A stretch of 61,940 nt of DNA, filler included. It is 3 parts of 3 records of this genome, joined end to end, with 100 filler letters (N's around TTAATTAATTAA, not from the genome) between each part and the next. Parts side by side here need not be neighbours in the genome. Positions count along the whole stretch, not along the records: positions 1 to 19,587 come from DRR378314_2545; positions 19,688 to 42,732 come from DRR378314_2548; 1 more part is not named here. One strand, given 5' to 3'. Numbering within the stretch: position 1 is the first letter of the stretch; every line of letters starts with the position of its first letter. Of this stretch, positions 10,247 to 20,446 are shown piece after piece. Made by a program: the position numbers and the translations under genes. The notes beneath the pieces were generated by a model. The model worked only from the letters and a program-made list of their open reading frames with translations. It was not told where the DNA came from and ran no database searches.

Positions 10247-10345
10247 GACGTTATCTCCAGAATAGTCGTTGTTGTTGGTTGGCTATTTACCGAAAGGCTA
10301 TCGAATCGTATCGGCCATTAGGTTTGCGGTTTATGTTTCAACAAA

Positions 10346-10361
10346 TTGTTACCGGTAACAT
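10346..10361. promoter_or_regulatory. GntR (LacI-type) operator
   Basis: TTGTTACCGGTAACAT matches the enterobacterial GntR box ATGTTA-N4-TAACAT; lies upstream of dctP. Confidence 0.85.
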
Positions 10362-10496
10362 CCGATACGTGAAGGCTAGCTATCGCAGCACTCGGTGTCA
10401 AAACAAAACGTCCAACTTACGACCAACGTCTAGGGATAGCTACTCACTTCCCCGCGCGCTACATTACGCGTTATGCACCCCTGTCCTGGAGTCGAC

Positions 10497-10946
10497 ATGC
10501 CAGCGCTAGACCCTTGTAGCGAATTAGAGCTAGATCACCAGCTCTGCTTTGCGCTGTATTCAACATCACTGATGATGACCAAAGTTTATAAACCTCTGCT
10601 CAAAGAGCTGGGGCTCACTTACCCGCAATACCTCGCCATGCTGGTACTGTGGCAAGAAGATGGCCTAACAGTAGGTACCCTAAGCAAACGCTTACTTACA
10701 GATCCTGGCTCGTTAACGCCGCTACTAAAGCGACTTGAAAGTGATCAGCTACTTATCCGGCAGCGTAGCCTGCAAGATGAACGTGTCGTCGAGTTATTCC
10801 TGACCGATAAAGGCCGCTCGCTTCGTGAACAGGCGCGCCATATTCCCAGCTGTGTGGTCAACGCCAGCGAAAAGTCGGTTGAAGCACTCAACCAACTGAA
10901 AGAGGATTTAGTCCAACTGCGCGAAAACTTACTTAAGGTCAAGTAA
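10497..10946 (+). CDS. ohrR: OhrR, MarR-family organic hydroperoxide regulator
   Basis: LDHQLCFALYS sensing Cys, LTYPQYLAMLVLW; upstream of ohr. Start at ATG 10497 (GGAG). Confidence 0.93.
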   Translation: MPALDPCSELELDHQLCFALYSTSLMMTKVYKPLLKELGLTYPQYLAMLVLWQEDGLTVGTLSKRLLTDPGSLTPLLKRLESDQLLIRQRSLQDERVVELFLTDKGRSLREQARHIPSCVVNASEKSVEALNQLKEDLVQLRENLLKVK

Positions 10947-11103
10947 CCCGCTGAACGTTGTGGCCGGGTAGGTAATTTCTTCACCCATTCACTTGCGCGC
11001 AAAATAAAGCTGCACTAAATTAAACCCCCAAACACACGTTTGGCTCATAACAGCCATGCCCATAACAACTATGTCCATAACAACCAAGTTTAGGAAATAA
11101 TCT

Positions 11104-11529
11104 ATGTCTATTGAAACTGTTGCTTACCGCGCACATGCTCACGCCACTGGCGGCCGCGAGGGCTATGCTAAGTCCTCTGACGGCGCGCTGGATGTTCAGC
11201 TCAGCACACCCAAAGAGCTAGGTGGCGCCGGCGGTGAAGGTACTAACCCCGAACAGCTATTTGCGGCAGGCTACTCTGCTTGCTTTCTAGGCGCACTTAA
11301 GCACGTCGCCAGCCAGGAAAAAATTAAACTGTCCGACGACACTCAGATTGATGGCAGTGTGGGTATTGGCGCCATTCCTACCGGCTTCGGCATTGAAGTT
11401 GAGCTGAAAATTAGCTTGCCAGGTTTGGAAAAAGACGTTGCCCAAGCACTGGTCGACAAAGCCCATATTGTGTGCCCCTACTCCAACGCTACCCGCGGAA
11501 ATATCGATGTCACACTGACGCTGGTTTAA
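11104..11529 (+). CDS. ohr: Organic hydroperoxide resistance protein
   Basis: [32 protein letters not shown]. Confidence 0.96.
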   Translation: MSIETVAYRAHAHATGGREGYAKSSDGALDVQLSTPKELGGAGGEGTNPEQLFAAGYSACFLGALKHVASQEKIKLSDDTQIDGSVGIGAIPTGFGIEVELKISLPGLEKDVAQALVDKAHIVCPYSNATRGNIDVTLTLV

Positions 11530-12224
11530 TTACCTAGCGCCCAGGCCACCGCTTTGCTTGCGTGCAGAGCGGTGGTGTCATAAAGCGGTATCTGGGTGTG
11601 TTTCTGCTCAACCAACAGCGCTATCTCGGTACAACCTAGAATGATCGCCTCGGCGCCCTGCTGGTGTAGCGACGTCATAATATCCAGATAACGCTCACGC
11701 GATGAGGCGTGGATATGACCATGGCATAGCTCGTCGAAAATGACCTGGTGCACCTCGGCACGCTTTTGCTCATTCGGAATGACGACATCAATCCCAAAGC
11801 GCTCTTTTAAGCGCGCCTTGTAAAAGTCCTGCTCCATCGTGAAACGGGTGCCTATCAACCCAACCCGAGTCACGCCATCACTCTGACACTTTTCCCCGGT
11901 AGCATCGGCGATGTGCAAAAAGGGAATCTGAATAGCGGCTTCAATCGCAGGCGCGACGTTGTGCATGGTATTGGTGGCCAGCAGTAAACACTCTGCCCCA
12001 GCCTCTTCAATACGTTTGGCAGCACTGGCGAGTAACTGGCCAGCAGTTTGCCAATCGCCCTGCTGCTGCAAGGTTTCTATTTCAGCAAAATCAACACTTA
12101 CCATCACAATCTGCGCTGAGTGAAAACCGCCAAGAGCCTGATTAATCCCTTGGTTTAGCGCCTGATAATAGCTTTGTGTCGACTCCCAGCTCATACCGCC
12201 TAATACGCCAATAGTCCGCATCAC
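11526..12224 (-). CDS. Asp/Glu-racemase family amino acid racemase (YgeA/RacX-like)
   Basis: [24 protein letters not shown]. Thr/Cys catalytic pair as in YgeA. Confidence 0.9.
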   Translation of the reverse strand: MMRTIGVLGGMSWESTQSYYQALNQGINQALGGFHSAQIVMVSVDFAEIETLQQQGDWQTAGQLLASAAKRIEEAGAECLLLATNTMHNVAPAIEAAIQIPFLHIADATGEKCQSDGVTRVGLIGTRFTMEQDFYKARLKERFGIDVVIPNEQKRAEVHQVIFDELCHGHIHASSRERYLDIMTSLHQQGAEAIILGCTEIALLVEQKHTQIPLYDTTALHASKAVAWALGN

Positions 12225-12375
12225 ATTTCTCCATGGTAAATAACTATTTATTATCAGACTAACAACCCACTATCCTTGTACCCACATTTTAAGGCCCCAT
12301 AACGCCTTAGTAGCCGCAACATTTCGGGTGAGTCGCCGCACCGCCCTTTTTTATTGTAGGAATAGCGAGGACATC

Positions 12376-13239
12376 ATGAGCGACAACACGACCTATACGC
12401 CACCGCGGGTTTGGAAATGGGAACCTGGTAACGGTGGAAAATTCGCTAACATCAATCGCCCCGTTGCTGGTGCGACCCACGAGAAAGTATTACCCGTGGG
12501 TAAGCATCCGCTGCAGCTTTACTCTCTTGCAACCCCCAACGGCGTGAAAGTCACCGTAATGCTTGAAGAGCTGCTGGAACAGGGTATTAAACAAGCGGAA
12601 TACGATGCTCACCTGATACAAATTGGCGAAGGTGATCAGTTTGGCAGCGGCTTTGTTGAGGTAAACCCCAACTCTAAGATTCCAGCGCTAATGGATTACA
12701 GCACCACCCCGCCCCAGCGGGTCTTTGAGTCAGGTGCGATTCTGCTTTATTTAGCTGAGAAATTTGCTGCGTTCTTACCCAACGACCCAGCGAAGCGGAC
12801 CGAGTGCCTATCCTGGTTATTTTGGCAAATGGGCAGCGCGCCCATGCTGGGTGGCGGCTTTGGTCACTTTTATGCTTACGCACCAGAAAAATACCAGTAC
12901 CCGATTGATCGCTATACCATGGAAGTGAAACGTCAGTTGGATGTATTGGATCGTCACTTAGCAGATAACCGCTTTATGGCGGGTGATGAGTACACCATCG
13001 CGGATATGGCGATTCACCCCTGGTACGGTGCACTGGTAAAAAACCGCGTGTATGAAGCCGCTGAATTTTTAGACGCCCATACCTATCAGAACGTCGTACG
13101 CTGGACCGATGAGATTGACGCACGCCCTGCCGTTCAACGTGGCCGAATGGTTAACCGCACCTGGGGAGAGCCTGGCGAACAGCTCCACGAGCGCCACGAT
13201 GCCAGTGATTTTGATCACAAGACCGAAGATAAACGTTAA
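12376..13239 (+). CDS. yghU: Glutathione-dependent disulfide-bond oxidoreductase (Nu-class GST)
   Basis: YTPPRVWKW, FANINRP, SLATPNG, NPNSKIP, FESGAIL. Start at ATG 12376 (GAGG). Confidence 0.93.
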   Translation: MSDNTTYTPPRVWKWEPGNGGKFANINRPVAGATHEKVLPVGKHPLQLYSLATPNGVKVTVMLEELLEQGIKQAEYDAHLIQIGEGDQFGSGFVEVNPNSKIPALMDYSTTPPQRVFESGAILLYLAEKFAAFLPNDPAKRTECLSWLFWQMGSAPMLGGGFGHFYAYAPEKYQYPIDRYTMEVKRQLDVLDRHLADNRFMAGDEYTIADMAIHPWYGALVKNRVYEAAEFLDAHTYQNVVRWTDEIDARPAVQRGRMVNRTWGEPGEQLHERHDASDFDHKTEDKR

Positions 13240-13400
13240 ACCCAGGACAACTGTGAACCGGTAAGGCGGCCGCATTGGCTAACGATCGCTAAGGATGGCG
13301 ATTTACCGTGTTTCACTATCGCTCTTTACTGCATTATCGATCCTGATTGAGTTAGCGATTTTTACTTCATTATTCATAGTGTGTCTGACAGAGGCAGCCC

Positions 13401-13631
13401 ATGTTTGATCCAAAATACGCCCAGCTGATATTTTCTTTCTTAATGGCACTGTTTATGTCGTGCATTATGTCGCTGGTGATTACGCTCTACAATGTCGGCT
13501 TCATTGAAGGCATTGTCTTTGTTTGGTTGAAGGCATGGCTCTTTGCTTTTGCAGTTGCTCTACCGGTAATTAACCTAGTATCGCCTATTGTACGGCGATT
13601 GGTTAAGGTGCTTATTAAGCATCCACACTGA
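13401..13631 (+). CDS. Small membrane protein, DUF2798-like
   Basis: Two TM helices, FLMALFMSCIMS...WLKAWLFAFAVALP; GAGG RBS. Confidence 0.8.
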   Translation: MFDPKYAQLIFSFLMALFMSCIMSLVITLYNVGFIEGIVFVWLKAWLFAFAVALPVINLVSPIVRRLVKVLIKHPH

Positions 13632-13855
13632 CTGTTTATACTAACCGTTCACACCAATCATCCGAACTCGGCACTACAGGGGCACCTTCACTCACCGGCA
13701 AAGCGCTTAGAACCAATAAAGCCTTGTCAGCCCAGCTCTAGCGCTACTACCTGAGGCAAGAACTGGGCAGAAACCTGGCTTTCATCTCCCTAACGATTGA
13801 GCCGCAGCGTGACAAAAGCTTTTGAAAGCAGCTACTTCTTCTTACTCGATAACGG

Positions 13856-14173
13856 TTACTGGACGCGAGAGTTATTCAATGCGTAATTCCAAACACGATA
13901 GAAGTAAAAAATATATCCAAGCCCAAGCGTCAAAACTGAGATAATCATCCACAAAATGATATGACCAATATTGCTAAAAATATTGATATCACACACCATC
14001 TTACGTTCTACGCCTGTTGCTGTATCCACCACTGAAGTACGATTAATCACAAAGCGTGAAAACGAGTAGGGGAAGAAAAACAGTGCAATCCCGAAGGTAA
14101 TAATGGTTAGCACGACCCAAATCAGCAAGTGGCCAATAATATCTAGAATAGAGAGATTCGCTTTAATATTCAC
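13856..14173 (-). CDS. Small membrane protein (DUF898/YjgN-like repeat)
   Basis: Two internal repeats (GHLLIWVVLTIITFGI / GHIILWMIISVLTLGL); GTG start with AAGGA RBS. Confidence 0.7.
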   Translation of the reverse strand: MNIKANLSILDIIGHLLIWVVLTIITFGIALFFFPYSFSRFVINRTSVVDTATGVERKMVCDINIFSNIGHIILWMIISVLTLGLGYIFYFYRVWNYALNNSRVQ

Positions 14174-14353
14174 GGTGCGTCCTTAAGTGTTAAGAAACAA
14201 AGTGCCGCAGATTACCACTGTCGACTACTCCCGTCAGCGCAGTTAATTGCACAAGTGCTATTTCACGAGAGGAAACATCCCGTTTCGTCATACTGACAGG
14301 CGTATCGATAATACGTTGATTGCTTCTGTCTATCGCGTCTATTTATCACCACT

Positions 14354-15343
14354 CTAAAAACGTCTCGTTAACGTAATCGCACCGAATTTGTCCTGCTCAT
14401 CTTGTCCATCAAACTCACGAGTACGCTGAACAGCAGCATAGGTTATTTGCCAGTCCTCCCAGGCCATGGCAAGTCCTGCGGAGGCTTCTGCTAGCCATTC
14501 TTCACGGTCAACGGAGTGACTATTTCTGAATGTATTACCATCCAGTGTTAGGTTCTGCGCCATGTAATAGCCTTCTACATTTGCAAACAGATACCACTGC
14601 CACCCACGATGGCCACTCATTAGATGGCGGCTACCCGGGTTGGGTGTCAGCGCAGGAATACCTTCGGCATCGTCCCCCCAACGTACGCTATAGCCTGCAC
14701 TGGCATAGGTGTACAAGTTGCCCAACGCTGCCCCCACACTGGGCCCGTGGGAGAACTGTTTACCGGCTAGCGGTATGTCACTCCACCATTGGCGACGAAC
14801 GGTTAAATTCACCAGCGCCTCATCGCCCAACTGATTTTGCCAGCCTCGAGGACGATCGCTATCGGTGACAAGGTGTACTTCGCGCTGAATGCTGTCAGCA
14901 AGGGAGGATGGCCCCACGAGCCCAATATCGAGATGTAAATCGGTCGCTTGCGTCCATTGCCCCATCGGCACGTCTTCATAGAGCGACACTCCGCCGTAGA
15001 CAAGACCTGCATAAGGGCGATCATCCTCGATCAACGTGCGGCGCTCGATATTGTTCGGCGTATAAATCTGGTGAATCAAACGGTAAGACGCCCTATCCGC
15101 TTGGCCGATAAGGCTATCGGGCAGCGCTGTCGCAAGGCGCTGTAGCCAATCTGTTTCTTGCGGTGTAAAGGTCCAGTTAAGCTCAAAACCACTGGTAAAG
15201 TGGCCGTCATCGCTGCTGGCAAGGCCATCATTTGCAAACTTTACCGACAGGGAGCTATCGCTAGCCGCGGCCAATGCGGGCATTAGGCTTAACGGTAAAA
15301 TAACAAGCAGCACCTTCCTGCCTAGAGCAGAGGTATTATTCAT
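14354..15343 (-). CDS. Lipid A 3'-O-deacylase LpxR family outer-membrane protein
   Basis: Signal peptide, ND...D.HFTSG, QIYTP, DRPYAG, LVGPSS, LDGNTF, C-terminal Phe. Confidence 0.88.
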   Translation of the reverse strand: MNNTSALGRKVLLVILPLSLMPALAAASDSSLSVKFANDGLASSDDGHFTSGFELNWTFTPQETDWLQRLATALPDSLIGQADRASYRLIHQIYTPNNIERRTLIEDDRPYAGLVYGGVSLYEDVPMGQWTQATDLHLDIGLVGPSSLADSIQREVHLVTDSDRPRGWQNQLGDEALVNLTVRRQWWSDIPLAGKQFSHGPSVGAALGNLYTYASAGYSVRWGDDAEGIPALTPNPGSRHLMSGHRGWQWYLFANVEGYYMAQNLTLDGNTFRNSHSVDREEWLAEASAGLAMAWEDWQITYAAVQRTREFDGQDEQDKFGAITLTRRF

Positions 15344-15528
15344 GGCTCAATCCTTGAGTATCGGGGAAAGCAAGAGCGATCAATTATTAACAAACATGAA
15401 TGATTGTATGTAATGGCACGAATAGATAGCAAGCGAACTTTCTTGCTATCTACATCGCTAACTCACTGCCTATCACGACATCCTGTCGTGAAACTACCAT
15501 GCATGGCCACTCGCTAGCTTTGAACTTT

Positions 15529-16068
15529 CTAACGATCCCGGAGAAGCCACTGAGGCGTTACTTCATGCTGGCCATTTTCATCGGTAATGAACAACGAGCC
15601 GTCGCTGATCATGACTGCCCAATTAATGGACCGTGGCAGACCCTCTGCGATAGTAGCAAGTGCCTCTTGCGGTAGACCCGCTACATGTACATTTTTGAGC
15701 GATGCCACCGCCGGTAGCACTTTATTTTCCCAAAGATCTACTCGCCCATAAGCTAATAGTGACACCCGCTCAGCACGGCGTGAACACCAGGTAAGACGCT
15801 CGGCATCTGGCAAACCGACTTCTATCCAATGCAGCACGCGGCCATCCAAACTTTTTTCCCACAAGGCGGGTTCGTCCACATCGGAAAGGCCACGACCAAA
15901 AGCGAGCGCTTCGCTGTACCACAATAGGTAGGCGATTAAACGTGCGCACATCCGGTCTTCGGTTTCAGAAGGGTGCCGAGCCACGGTAAAACGCAGCGTC
16001 TCGTAGACATTGCGATCAAGGTCGGTCAGGTTGACATCAACTTTGTAAGGGGTAGCACTCAACGCCAT
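15529..16068 (-). CDS. yaeQ: YaeQ family protein
   Basis: MALSATPYK, ARHPSETEDRM, FGRGLSDVDEPALW, WIEVGLPD. Confidence 0.93.
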   Translation of the reverse strand: MALSATPYKVDVNLTDLDRNVYETLRFTVARHPSETEDRMCARLIAYLLWYSEALAFGRGLSDVDEPALWEKSLDGRVLHWIEVGLPDAERLTWCSRRAERVSLLAYGRVDLWENKVLPAVASLKNVHVAGLPQEALATIAEGLPRSINWAVMISDGSLFITDENGQHEVTPQWLLRDR

Positions 16069-16180
16069 TGGAAATATCCATCTAAAATTTGCGCCAGTGT
16101 AGCGGATTTATCGAAACACAGGTCATATCTGAAGCGCTGCAAAGAGGTAAAGCACATGATGGGAACGATATAAGCCACTC

Positions 16181-16798
16181 TTAACGCGCCGCTTGAGCTA
16201 GGGTATTGCCTCCTAATCCCATTAATACGCCGCCGCCAATGCGTTGAATCAACCTGGAGGAGCCATGGGACTTTTGTAGCCACTCCCGCAGCGGGCTAGC
16301 CAGCAGCACCACCATGACATCTGCCGAAGAGAACAACGCATTGGTAGCGATACCCAGCCAAAGCAGCTGCCATGCCACCGGCATGGCACTGTCAGGCTGG
16401 ACAAATTGAGGTAGAAAGGCCACAAAGAAGAGCGCCGTCTTAGGGTTGAGCACTTCGACCAGAAAGCTGTCACGCAGTACGCGCTTAGTGGTTGCCAGTG
16501 GAACTTCGTCGCCATGGGAGCGAATGCCCTGCTTCCAGAGACGCAGCCCCATCCAGAGCAGGTAAAGCCCGCCGATGACCTTCATCGCAATGTAAGCTGG
16601 CGGAATAGCCGCAAACAGTAGTGCCAAGCCTAGCGCGGCAGCAATAACATGGACATAGCACCCCATATGCACACCGATAACCGCTAACCATCCTGCTCGT
16701 CGGCCTCGCCCCAGCGTTTGCGCTGCGGTGTACAACATCGCAGGTCCGGGAAGATAAGCAAAACCAAGCGCGGCGAGGATAAACGCGGCCCATTGCAT
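16181..16798 (-). CDS. LysE/RhtB family exporter
   Basis: LPGPAMLY, GGLYLLWMG, VEVLNPKTALFFVAFLPQF. Start at ATG 16798 (GGAG). Confidence 0.9.
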   Translation of the reverse strand: MQWAAFILAALGFAYLPGPAMLYTAAQTLGRGRRAGWLAVIGVHMGCYVHVIAAALGLALLFAAIPPAYIAMKVIGGLYLLWMGLRLWKQGIRSHGDEVPLATTKRVLRDSFLVEVLNPKTALFFVAFLPQFVQPDSAMPVAWQLLWLGIATNALFSSADVMVVLLASPLREWLQKSHGSSRLIQRIGGGVLMGLGGNTLAQAAR

Positions 16799-16898
16799 CG
16801 TGGCAACTCCATAGAGAGTTAAGATAGTAAGCCTGAGAATAAAACGGGGGTAGCGCAAGCGCCACCCCCTAAAGAAGTAAAATTGAATGAGTGAACGC

Positions 16899-17672
16899 TT
16901 AGAAGTTGGGTTTACGCTTTTCAACGAAAGCGCCCATGCCCTCTTTCTGCTCTTCGCCAGCAAAACAGAGCGCAAACAGGCTGGTTTCCAGCGCCAAGGC
17001 GCTATCAAGATCTTGATCTAACCCATCGTGAACGGCTTGCTTCGCGCCGCGTACTGACAGCGGGCCGTTGCCTTTAAGTTGCTTGGTGAGCTCTTCTACA
17101 TAGCTTTCCAGCTCAGCCTGGGGCATGACACGGTTGACTAGCCCAATGCGTAACGCTTCCTGAGCATCGATTTTGCGGCCAGTAGTTACTAGATCAATCG
17201 CCATGGCGGGGCCAACACGACGCGGCAAACGCTGAGTGCCGCCAAAGCCAGGAATCACACCTAGCAACACTTCTGGCTGGCCGAAGACAGCGTTGTCGCT
17301 AGCTACCGCCCAGTCGCAGGCCAACGCCAATTCGCAGCCGCCGCCAAGGCAAAACCCGTTCACTAGCGCGACCACCGGCACGGGCAATGTTTCTAAGCGC
17401 TTGATAGTTCGCAGTGCCTGGGTAGCGAAAGCACGCGCTTCTTCTGGCGTTTTATCGCGCATTTCGGTGATATCAGCACCGGCAACAAACGACTTTTCAC
17501 CAGCACCGGTAATGATGACAGCGCGTAAACGTGGATTCGTTTCAAGTTCCACAAGATGAGCTTCTAAGGCACTCAGCACATCACTATTCAGTGCATTCAA
17601 TGCCTTAGGGCGATTAATCGTTAGGCATACCACACCGTCGTTATCAACTTTCTCAATCACTGCATCGCTCAT
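16899..17672 (-). CDS. Enoyl-CoA hydratase (crotonase)
   Basis: RPKALNAL, FVAGADI, GGGCEL, QPEVLLGVIPGFGGTQRL. Confidence 0.93.
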   Translation of the reverse strand: MSDAVIEKVDNDGVVCLTINRPKALNALNSDVLSALEAHLVELETNPRLRAVIITGAGEKSFVAGADITEMRDKTPEEARAFATQALRTIKRLETLPVPVVALVNGFCLGGGCELALACDWAVASDNAVFGQPEVLLGVIPGFGGTQRLPRRVGPAMAIDLVTTGRKIDAQEALRIGLVNRVMPQAELESYVEELTKQLKGNGPLSVRGAKQAVHDGLDQDLDSALALETSLFALCFAGEEQKEGMGAFVEKRKPNF

Positions 17673-17792
17673 ACAGGCTCCTTAATTGTTATTACGCATT
17701 TAAAGTGAACACCTACCAACCCTAGCGAACGCTTGGTTGGTAGGCAATCACTTCTTTTGTCGCGCTTGACTGACCTGATGGCTTTCGCGTGC

Positions 17793-18641
17793 TCACTCGT
17801 ATATATGGAAGCCGCGACCGCTTTTGCGTCCTAGATACCCTGCATCCACCATACGCTTCAGCAACGGACAGGGGCGATATTTAGGATCGCCAAAGCCTTC
17901 CTGCAATACGTTCATAATCGCCAAACAAACATCAAGGCCAATCAAGTCCGCCAGCGCTAATGGTCCCATGGGATGGGCAGCGCCGAGCTTCATCGCTTCG
18001 TCGATGGCCTCTGGCGTTGCGGTTCCTTCTTGAACAATAAAGGCGGCTTCATTAATCATCGGCACCAACAAGCGATTAACCGCAAAGCCCGGTGAATCAC
18101 CAATCGGTACCGCCGTTTTACCCAGCGCTTTTGCCAACGCTTCTATGCGCTCAACGGTGGTGTCAGAGGTCTGCTCGGCACGAATCACTTCCACTAACTT
18201 GAGCACCGGCACGGGGTTGAAAAAGTGCATACCCACTACCCGCTCGGGTCGCTCACACACAGCGGCCAACCGCGTTAGCGAGAGTGACGAAGTGTTAGAG
18301 GCAAGAATAGCATCGCTGCTTAAATGACTCAGATCACGAAACAGCTTTTCTTTCAGCGCGGGTTGTTCTGGTGCGGCCTCAATAATAATGCCGCAGTCAC
18401 TCAACGCTTCGAGATCAGTGGTCGTGGAAAGTCGCGCCAGCGCTTCCTGCTTAGCTGGCTCGCTGATTTTTTGTTTCGCGACCAGCTTGCCAAGGCCTTT
18501 ATCAATATTGGCTTGGGCGCGGGTAAGCTGCTCATCGGCGACATCAAAGAGACGAACCGTAAAACCACTGGCAGCGACGACCTGAGCGATCCCCTGCCCC
18601 ATGGTGCCTGCTCCCACTACACCGATTGGTTGTTCACTCAT
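17793..18641 (-). CDS. 3-hydroxybutyryl-CoA dehydrogenase
   Basis: GAGTMGQG Rossmann motif, SNTSSL, GMHFFNPVP, HPMGPLALADLIGLD. Confidence 0.93.
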   Translation of the reverse strand: MSEQPIGVVGAGTMGQGIAQVVAASGFTVRLFDVADEQLTRAQANIDKGLGKLVAKQKISEPAKQEALARLSTTTDLEALSDCGIIIEAAPEQPALKEKLFRDLSHLSSDAILASNTSSLSLTRLAAVCERPERVVGMHFFNPVPVLKLVEVIRAEQTSDTTVERIEALAKALGKTAVPIGDSPGFAVNRLLVPMINEAAFIVQEGTATPEAIDEAMKLGAAHPMGPLALADLIGLDVCLAIMNVLQEGFGDPKYRPCPLLKRMVDAGYLGRKSGRGFHIYE

Positions 18642-18659
18642 CGTTATTTATCCCCTAAA

Positions 18660-19587
18660 TCAGTGCTGTTTCGCTTCTTCGCGCAAAACAAATTTTTGAA
18701 TTTTGCCCGTTGACGTTTTTGGCAGTTCGCTAAAAATGATTGTCTTCGGTACTTTGAAGCTCGCTAAATGCTCTCGGCAATGAGCAATAATGTCGGCTTC
18801 GGTAATTTCACCATAACCGATTTTTAATTTAACAAACGCGCATGGAGTCTCGCCCCACTTTTCATCGGGCTTGGCCACAACGGCGGCTTCCTCTACCGCT
18901 GGGTGGCTATAAATGGCATCTTCTACTTCAATAGTGGAGATATTCTCACCGCCAGAAATAATGATGTCTTTAGAGCGGTCTTTAATTTCGATGTAGCCAT
19001 CCGCGTGCCAAACTGCGAGATCGCCAGTGTGATACCACCCTCCTTCTAAGGCTTCCTCAGTAGCTTCGGCATTCTTCAGGTAGCCCTTCATTACGTTGTT
19101 GCCGCGCATCAAAATTTCACCAATGGTCTCGCCATCTTTTGCGACGGGCTCAAGGGTCAACGGGTCAGCGACACAAAGCGCTTCAAGCATGTGGTAACGC
19201 ACCCCTTGGCGCGCCTTGATTTTGGCACGGGCTTCCAGCGGCAACTCATTCCACGATTCACGCCAAGCGCACACCGTCACCGGGCCATAAACCTCGGTTA
19301 ACCCATACACATGGGTCACTTCAATACCGAGTTTCTCTACACCAGCAATCACTGATGCAGGCGGCGCGGCACCGGCAGTGGTCACTTTAACGGGATGATC
19401 AAATTCACGCTTCTGATCAGCAGGCAGGTTGACAAGGCCGTTCAGTATAATCGGCGCACCGCTGAAGTGCGTGACCTTCTCATCCACAATCAGGTCGTTG
19501 ATCCGCTTTGGATCAACTTTGCGCAGGCACACGCTAACACCGGCGTTGGCGGCAATTGTCCAGGGGAAACACCAGCCGTTACAGTGG
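18660..19587 (-). CDS. Short/medium-chain acyl-CoA synthetase (DmdB/AAE-like), 5'-truncated at the contig end
   Basis: HCNGWCFPW, HVYGLTEVYGP, GWYHTGDL, IISGGENIS, LPKTSTGKIQK. Confidence 0.9.
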
Positions 19588-19687
19588 NNNNNNNNNNNNN
19601 NNNNNNNNNNNNNNNNNNNNNNNNNNNNNNNTTAATTAATTAANNNNNNNNNNNNNNNNNNNNNNNNNNNNNNNNNNNNNNNNNNNN
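19588..19687. other. Artificial contig linker
   Basis: 44 N + TTAATTAATTAA (stops in all six frames) + 44 N; genes on both sides are truncated. Confidence 0.98.
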
Positions 19688-20329
19688 ATACCACGGCCAG
19701 ATCGCCATATCGGCAATGGAATACTGGTCCCCGGCCATGTATTCGCGATCGGCAAGATTGCGGTCCAGCACGTCCAGCTGGCGCTTCACCTCCATGGCGA
19801 AACGATTAATCGGATACTCGAACTTCTCTGGCGCGTAGGCATAAAAATGGCCGAAACCGCCGCCGAGATACGGCGCTGAGCCCATTTGCCAGAACAGCCA
19901 GTTCAACGCCTCAGTGCGCTTGTTGTGATCGGTCGGCAGGAAGGCGCCAAATTTCTCGGCGAGATACAACAGGATCGAGCCACTCTCGAACACCCGCGTC
20001 TTCGTGGTCGTGTCGAACATAACCGGAATTTTCGAGTTCGGATTCAGATCGACATAGCCGGAGCCGAACTGGTCCCCTTCTCCAATATTGATCAGCCAAG
20101 CGTCATACTCTGCACCCTCATGCCCAGCCGCGAGCAGTTCCTCCAGCATGATGGTGACCTTCACACCATTGGGCGTCCCGAGCGAATAGAGCTGGATCGG
20201 ATGCTTGCCGACTGGCAATTCCTTGTCATGCGTCGGCCCGGCAATCGGACGGTTGATGTTCGCAAATCGCCCGCCGCTGGCCTTGTCCCAGGTCCAGACC
20301 TTTGGAGGCGTGTAAGTATTGTCGGCCAT
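19688..20329 (-). CDS. yghU: Glutathione-dependent disulfide-bond oxidoreductase, 3'-truncated
   Basis: MADNTYTPPKVWTW...SLGTPNG...NPNSKIP; runs into the linker. Confidence 0.92.
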
Positions 20330-20446
20330 GTTTCGCGTCCTTCCTTCAACGTGTCTTGCAAACATGTAGGAAGGGAGCCGGGATTGTCAGCAAACTTCTT
20401 TGTGAGAATTCCTAAACGGCATGACGGTCAGCCTGTGTAGCCACAG

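Noticed and set aside
19632..19643. TTAATTAATTAA palindrome as a biological motif (also at 42777-42788)
   Set aside because: It sits symmetrically in 44-N pads and gives six-frame stops: a synthetic linker.
12376..20329. Two yghU genes as a local duplication
   Set aside because: They lie on different contigs that appear to come from different bacterial classes; the proximity is an artefact.
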